Source: Actinomycetota bacterium
Lineage (GTDB): Bacteria; Actinomycetota; Actinomycetes; S36-B12; UBA5976
Direction: 5' to 3'
NCBI GenBank assembly: GCA_009918005.1
Contig: RGDC01000003.1
Coordinates: 1 to 41,541 of the forward strand
Length of the DNA: 41,541 nucleotides
The notes under the pieces were generated by a model, which saw nothing but the letters and a program-made list of their open reading frames with translations, ran no database searches and was not told where the DNA came from. Below, one piece after another: positions 37,362 to 41,541 of this stretch. Each line of letters opens with the position of its first letter. The stretch's first letter is position 1. The translations under genes were made by a program, and so were the position numbers.

Positions 37362-37462
37362 TTTTCCAAAATAAGTACGCCAAGAGCCGATACCACTTGG
37401 TTGGGTCTGACTATTAAGTATTGGCTCAGTAAACTTGAATTACTTCAATTTAAGGAAATTTA

Positions 37463-38404
37463 ATGTCTCAAGACATCAATGACGTAATCATCATCGGCTC
37501 CGGCCCAGCTGGATACACCGCTGCAATTTACGCTGCTCGCGCTCAACTTAAGCCAATTGTTTTTGAAGGCGCTGTTACCGCCGGTGGGGCACTCATGAAT
37601 ACCACTGAGGTTGAAAATTTTCCTGGCTTCCAGGACGGAATCATGGGCCCTGCTCTCATGGAAAACATGCGGGCCCAAGCCGTGAAGTTTGGCGCAAATT
37701 TAATTACTGATGATGTGACATCGGCTAACTTAACTGGAGACATCAAAACGGTTGTTGATGGTGAAGGCCGGGAATACAAAGCCCATTCGATAATTTTGGC
37801 AACGGGTTCTAGCTATCGCGAACTTGGAATTGATAATGAAAAGCGACTTTCGGGTCACGGTGTTTCCTGGTGTGCAACTTGCGATGGGTTTTTCTTTCGA
37901 GATCAAGACATCGCCGTTGTCGGTGGTGGAGATTCAGCTGTCGAAGAGGCAACTTTCTTAACGAGATTTGCGAAAAGTGTCACCATGATTCATCGCCGAG
38001 ACGAGCTGCGCGCCAGCAAAATTATGGCTGAGCGAGCGCATAATGATCCTAAAATTAAATTCGCTTGGAACAGTGAAGTCACTGAATTGCATGGCGACGC
38101 CAAACTTTCTGGCGTTACTATCCGCGATATCAACACAGGTGACACTCGTGAGCTTTCAGTAACAGGCTTGTTTGTGGCAATTGGTCACGACCCGCGTTCC
38201 GAACTATTAAAGGGACAGGTAGATCTTGACCCTGCGGGTTACGTGCTAACTGGCGCGGGAACTACTGCTACGAATCTTTCTGGGGTTTTTGCCTGCGGTG
38301 ACTTAGTTGATCACACTTACCGCCAAGCAATTACAGCTGCTGGAACGGGTTGTAGTGCAGCGCTTGATGCAGAACGCTTCCTATCTGGCCTGCATAGTAA
38401 GTAA
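37463..38404 (+). CDS. trxB: Thioredoxin reductase
   Basis: [37 protein letters not shown] motifs. Confidence 0.97.
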   Translation: MSQDINDVIIIGSGPAGYTAAIYAARAQLKPIVFEGAVTAGGALMNTTEVENFPGFQDGIMGPALMENMRAQAVKFGANLITDDVTSANLTGDIKTVVDGEGREYKAHSIILATGSSYRELGIDNEKRLSGHGVSWCATCDGFFFRDQDIAVVGGGDSAVEEATFLTRFAKSVTMIHRRDELRASKIMAERAHNDPKIKFAWNSEVTELHGDAKLSGVTIRDINTGDTRELSVTGLFVAIGHDPRSELLKGQVDLDPAGYVLTGAGTTATNLSGVFACGDLVDHTYRQAITAAGTGCSAALDAERFLSGLHSK

Positions 38405-38426
38405 TTCACCACAAATTCAATAAACC

Positions 38427-38449
38427 AAGTGGTTAATCGCTAACCACTT
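38427..38449. other. 9-5-9 inverted repeat between trxB and trxA
   Basis: AAGTGGTTA-atcgc-TAACCACTT, immediately followed by TATGCT (-10-like, 38449-38454). Confidence 0.5.
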
Positions 38450-38482
38450 ATGCTTAATGAACTAGCAACAATAGGAGTAAAA

Positions 38483-38806
38483 ATGGGCGCAACTGCAGCC
38501 GTAACAGATGCATCGTTTGCTAACGATGTATTGATGAGTGATAAACCAGTACTAGTTGATTTTTGGGCTGAATGGTGTGGCCCATGCAAAATGATTGGTC
38601 CAATTCTGGAAGAGATTGCTGCCGCACATGGCGACAAGCTAACTATCTTGAAACTAAATGTTGACGAGAACCCAGCCACCGCTTCTAACTACGGTGTGAC
38701 CTCAATCCCAACAATGAACGTTTATCAAAATGGTGAGATCGTCAAGCAGATCATTGGTGCAAAGCCAAAGGCTGCATTGCTTTCAGATCTTGCTGAGTTC
38801 ATTTAA
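38483..38806 (+). CDS. trxA: Thioredoxin
   Basis: VDFWAEWCGPCK; start ATG 38483 after SD AGGAG; 107 aa. Confidence 0.97.
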   Translation: MGATAAVTDASFANDVLMSDKPVLVDFWAEWCGPCKMIGPILEEIAAAHGDKLTILKLNVDENPATASNYGVTSIPTMNVYQNGEIVKQIIGAKPKAALLSDLAEFI

Positions 38807-38813
38807 GTAACTA

Positions 38814-39899
38814 ATGACAGTAACGATCCTGCGACGCGGCGATCAAGGACCGGCCGTAACCGAGGTTCGTGATCGATTAGTTCGTCTTGGGCTCTTAAGT
38901 CCAAACGCCAGCGCAGCTGCAGATGTTTTCGATGACATCTTGCTAGCTGCGCTGCGTTATTTTCAGCAAACTCGTGGCCTAACAGTTGACGGATTGGTCG
39001 GTCCACAAACGTTTCGAAGGCTTGATGAAGCGCGTTGGAAAATTGGTGATCGGGTTTTAAGTTTTTCGCCTGGGCATGTAATCCATGGTGAAGATGTTGC
39101 GCAATTACAACAACGATTGATTGAGTTGGGTTTTGCGCTTGATCGAGTGGATGGAATCTTTGCAAAAAGCACGGACTCTGCAGTGCGCGAATTCCAACGA
39201 AATGTTGGTTTAGATGTCGATGGAATTTGTGGCCCGGCTTTTTTCCGAGCCTTTCAAAGATTAGCTCGCACTATCGCTGGTGGTAGCCAAGAGCATTTAC
39301 GTGAGCTTTCAACGGTTGCAAATTTTGGTAGCACTCGAACTGTTGAAACCTGCTCGATTTTGCTCGACCCTAGTGATCTTGCTGAGCAACTTGTTGGCAG
39401 CGAATTTTCAGAAGCAGATATTTGTTGGGATATCGCTTCCCGACTTGAAGGTCGCTTGGGTGCAATGGGCACATTAGTTCTGATGTCTCGGCCACAAACA
39501 GGTCGGGTAGATGGCGAACGAACTCGAGCTAACCTGGCAAATGAGAGCAAAGTTGATTTAATTATTGGCTTGGCCCTCGATCGCCACGACAATCCACTCG
39601 CCCAGGGCGTTGCTTCTTATTACTTCGGGCATCAGTACTCTCGCTCTGCCACAGGTATGCGGTTGGCAGAAATAGTCCAGGAAGAAATCAGTTGCCGGAC
39701 CAAGCTAACCGATTCAAGGTTTCATGCCAAAACTTGGGATTTGTTGCGCCTAACTCGAATGCCAAGTATCAAAGTCGAGTTGGGTTACGCCACTAGTCCG
39801 CATGACAGTGCTTTGCTATCTCAGGCCCAAACTCGTGATGACATTGCCGCTGGACTAAGTTCAGCAATCACCCGAATTTTGGCTCCCAGAATAGGTTGA
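38814..39899 (+). CDS. cwlM: CwlM-like protein (two PG-binding domains + degenerate Amidase_3 domain)
   Basis: LRRGDQG, FQQTRGL.VDG.VGP.T, GEDVAQLQ, FQRNVGL..DGICGP, WDLLRLTRMP motifs; conserved position after trxA. Confidence 0.9.
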   Translation: MTVTILRRGDQGPAVTEVRDRLVRLGLLSPNASAAADVFDDILLAALRYFQQTRGLTVDGLVGPQTFRRLDEARWKIGDRVLSFSPGHVIHGEDVAQLQQRLIELGFALDRVDGIFAKSTDSAVREFQRNVGLDVDGICGPAFFRAFQRLARTIAGGSQEHLRELSTVANFGSTRTVETCSILLDPSDLAEQLVGSEFSEADICWDIASRLEGRLGAMGTLVLMSRPQTGRVDGERTRANLANESKVDLIIGLALDRHDNPLAQGVASYYFGHQYSRSATGMRLAEIVQEEISCRTKLTDSRFHAKTWDLLRLTRMPSIKVELGYATSPHDSALLSQAQTRDDIAAGLSSAITRILAPRIG

Positions 39900-39931
39900 G
39901 AATAAATGTGATCTGCGTCACATTTATTCTC
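39898..39931. promoter_or_regulatory. 14-6-14 palindrome containing a CRP/GlxR-consensus site, between convergent cwlM and parB
   Basis: GAGAATAAATGTGA-tctgcg-TCACATTTATTCTC. The core AAATGTGATCTGCGTCACATTT (39904-39925) matches the CRP consensus at 19/22. Confidence 0.6.
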
Positions 39932-39963
39932 CTACACAGGTTGTGCACATGTGTGTATGTGAA

Positions 39964-41031
39964 TTATTTAAGCGGTTCACCAAACATCCCACGTTGTTTG
40001 GGATCAATGACTTCAACGATTCTTTGTAAATCTTCCAAAGTTGCGAACTCAATGATTACTTTGCCCCGGGACTTTCCGACCTGAACTGTGACTCTGGTGT
40101 CCAAGCGATCAGACAGTCGCTCTCCTATAGATTTCAGGCCTGGTGCACTGATCTTGCCCGTTGACTTCTTCGTAGTTGGTTTAGCTTGTTTCTCTTCTTG
40201 TCCCAAGGAAACAATTTCTTCCACAGTTCGAACCGAAAGGCCTTCAGCAACAATTCGACTCGCTAGCCGTTCTATTGCGCCTTGATCTTTAAGTCCAAGT
40301 AGCGCTCTGGCGTGTCCGGCTGAGATAACGCCCGCAGCTACCCGACGTTGCACTGCCAGTGGCAAATTCAGTAGGCGAAGTGTGTTGGAGATTTGTGGTC
40401 GGGAACGACCTAGTCGAGTCGCAAGCTCATCTTGAGTTCCACCAAAATCTTCTAATAGCTGCTTGTATGCTGCAGCTTCTTCAAGGGGGGTTAGCGCAGC
40501 GCGATGAAGGTTTTCCAGCAATGCATCTCGAAGCATTTGATCATCGGCGGTTTCCCGAATCAGCGCTGGAATCGTTTTGAATCCTGCTTTTTTGCTGGCA
40601 CGCAATCGCCTCTCGCCTGCTACCAGTTCGTATCCCCCACCATTTGCTGGACGCACCACAATTGGTTGCAGTAAGCCAACTTCTTGGATCGAATGAACTA
40701 ACTCAGCTAAGGCCTCGTCATCAAATACCTGGCGTGGTTGTTGCGCATTTGGCACTATGGAACGAATCGCAAGTTCGGCAAAAGTTAGGCCTGCGATAGC
40801 TGTTGGCGCTTGGCTGTTGCCTTGGGCCGCGGGAGCTACCGCCGATTTGGCAGGCGCCTTTGCGGCTGGCTTTGCAGCGGATTTACTTACTGGCACTGTT
40901 TTTTTGGGTGCTGCGGCTTTCTTTCCTGGTTTGCCACCAGTTCCAGCCTTTGGGCTTGAGCTGGCTGTTTCACGTGAAACATCTGGGATCAGGGCTCCTA
41001 AGCCACGGCCTAAGCTTTGTCGTTTTGCCAT
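39964..41031 (-). CDS. parB: Chromosome partitioning protein ParB
   Basis: LGRGLGALI ParA-interacting peptide, PN..QPR..F, GLLQPIVVR, VAGERRLRA, ENLHR, HTH GRSRPQISNTLRLL, GHARALL. Confidence 0.96.
   Translation of the reverse strand: MAKRQSLGRGLGALIPDVSRETASSSPKAGTGGKPGKKAAAPKKTVPVSKSAAKPAAKAPAKSAVAPAAQGNSQAPTAIAGLTFAELAIRSIVPNAQQPRQVFDDEALAELVHSIQEVGLLQPIVVRPANGGGYELVAGERRLRASKKAGFKTIPALIRETADDQMLRDALLENLHRAALTPLEEAAAYKQLLEDFGGTQDELATRLGRSRPQISNTLRLLNLPLAVQRRVAAGVISAGHARALLGLKDQGAIERLASRIVAEGLSVRTVEEIVSLGQEEKQAKPTTKKSTGKISAPGLKSIGERLSDRLDTRVTVQVGKSRGKVIIEFATLEDLQRIVEVIDPKQRGMFGEPLK
40966..40981. promoter_or_regulatory. parS site (perfect consensus) within the 5' end of parB
   Basis: TGTTTCACGTGAAACA, a 16-bp palindrome encoding DVSRET in ParB. 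Confidence 0.95.
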
Positions 41032-41035
41032 TACA

Positions 41036-41541
41036 TTAACCCTTCTGCTTACGTTCGGTGATTTCTCGTGCTGCTGCTAAATAAGCCACTGCCCCGGTTG
41101 ACCCCGGGTCATAAGTCATTACAGATTGTCCAAATGAGGGAGCCTCGGCCACATAAATCGAGCGTGGGATTACGGTTTCTAGAACCTTTTTTCCAAAGTA
41201 TCCCCGAACCTCTTCTACATAGTGCTTACTTCAAGCTCGGGATTAAGGCGCTCTTTCGCAAACTCGATTGTCCGCAAAAGTTGTTGGACACCCTCAAGTG
41301 CATAAAATTCACATTGGATAGGGATCAATACTTCCTTTACCGCAGCTAAGGCATTAATTGTCAACATTCCTAAGCTTGGCGGGCAATCAATAAACACGTA
41401 GTCCATTTCGTGTTCAGCCAGGAAATCTGCCAAGGCTGCCTTTAGTAAAAAGGGGCGCTCGGCTTCAGCCACTGTGGAAATTAGTTCGATGTCTGCGCCG
41501 GCTAAATCCAACGTGGCCGGCAGAACCCATAGGGAGTCAAA
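41036..41541 (-). pseudogene. parA: ParA/Soj ATPase, 3' part (5' end outside window), broken by a frameshift and apparent deletion at ~41218-41220 (real or assembly error)
   Basis: DLAGADIEL, YVFIDCPPSLG, IPIQCEFYALEG...EVST then a premature TAG (41215-41217). The conserved tail VEEVRGYFG..VL.TVIPRS..VAEAPSFGQSV.TYDPGS.GA.AY..AA.EI is in another frame, 41218..41036. Confidence 0.88.

Noticed and set aside
1-41541. Mobile elements, prophage, CRISPR arrays, defence systems, rRNA/tRNA or a horizontally acquired island
   Set aside because: No transposase, integrase or phage-like ORFs, no repeat-spacer arrays and no obvious compositional shift. Almost all sequence is explained by core actinobacterial genes with gaps under about 200 nt.

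Overview
A gene-dense housekeeping segment (GC estimated by eye in the mid-to-high 40s %) from a streamlined actinobacterium; a freshwater Nanopelagicales-like lineage is plausible but is inference only. The parA-parB end suggests oriC lies a few kb past the right edge. From left to right: nucleoside uptake and catabolism (ABC transporter, cdd, deoA, cupin, add, deoC, phospho-sugar mutase); glutathione peroxidase; the fhaA-fhaB-pstP-rodA-pbpA-pknB cell-wall signalling operon (no pknA); trpG/pabA, DUF881, crgA, rhomboid, ppiA; rpsF-ssb-rpsR-rplI; nfo; femX plus an atypical Alr-fold enzyme; ponA, DUF5318, padR-ino1, MFS, CCA enzyme; DUF6049-murJ-pseudokinase; trxB-trxA-cwlM; parB (internal perfect parS) and parA. 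I found no mobile elements, CRISPR arrays, tRNA or rRNA. The most interesting signals are non-coding or subtle: (1) a candidate ~85-nt sRNA after ino1 exposing an anti-Shine-Dalgarno CCUCCUUU; (2) DnaA boxes downstream of crgA, and a near-perfect CRP-consensus palindrome among DnaA-box-like motifs between convergent cwlM and parB; (3) a leaderless 11-codon uORF coupled to deoA, amid widespread leaderless promoters; (4) the femX/Alr-fold pair as a candidate peptidoglycan-tailoring module; (5) CwlM lacking its PknB phosphorylation tail; (6) two ~50-nt frameshifting deletions (ABC permease, parA) that may be assembly artefacts. All homologue comparisons are from recall, not from searches.
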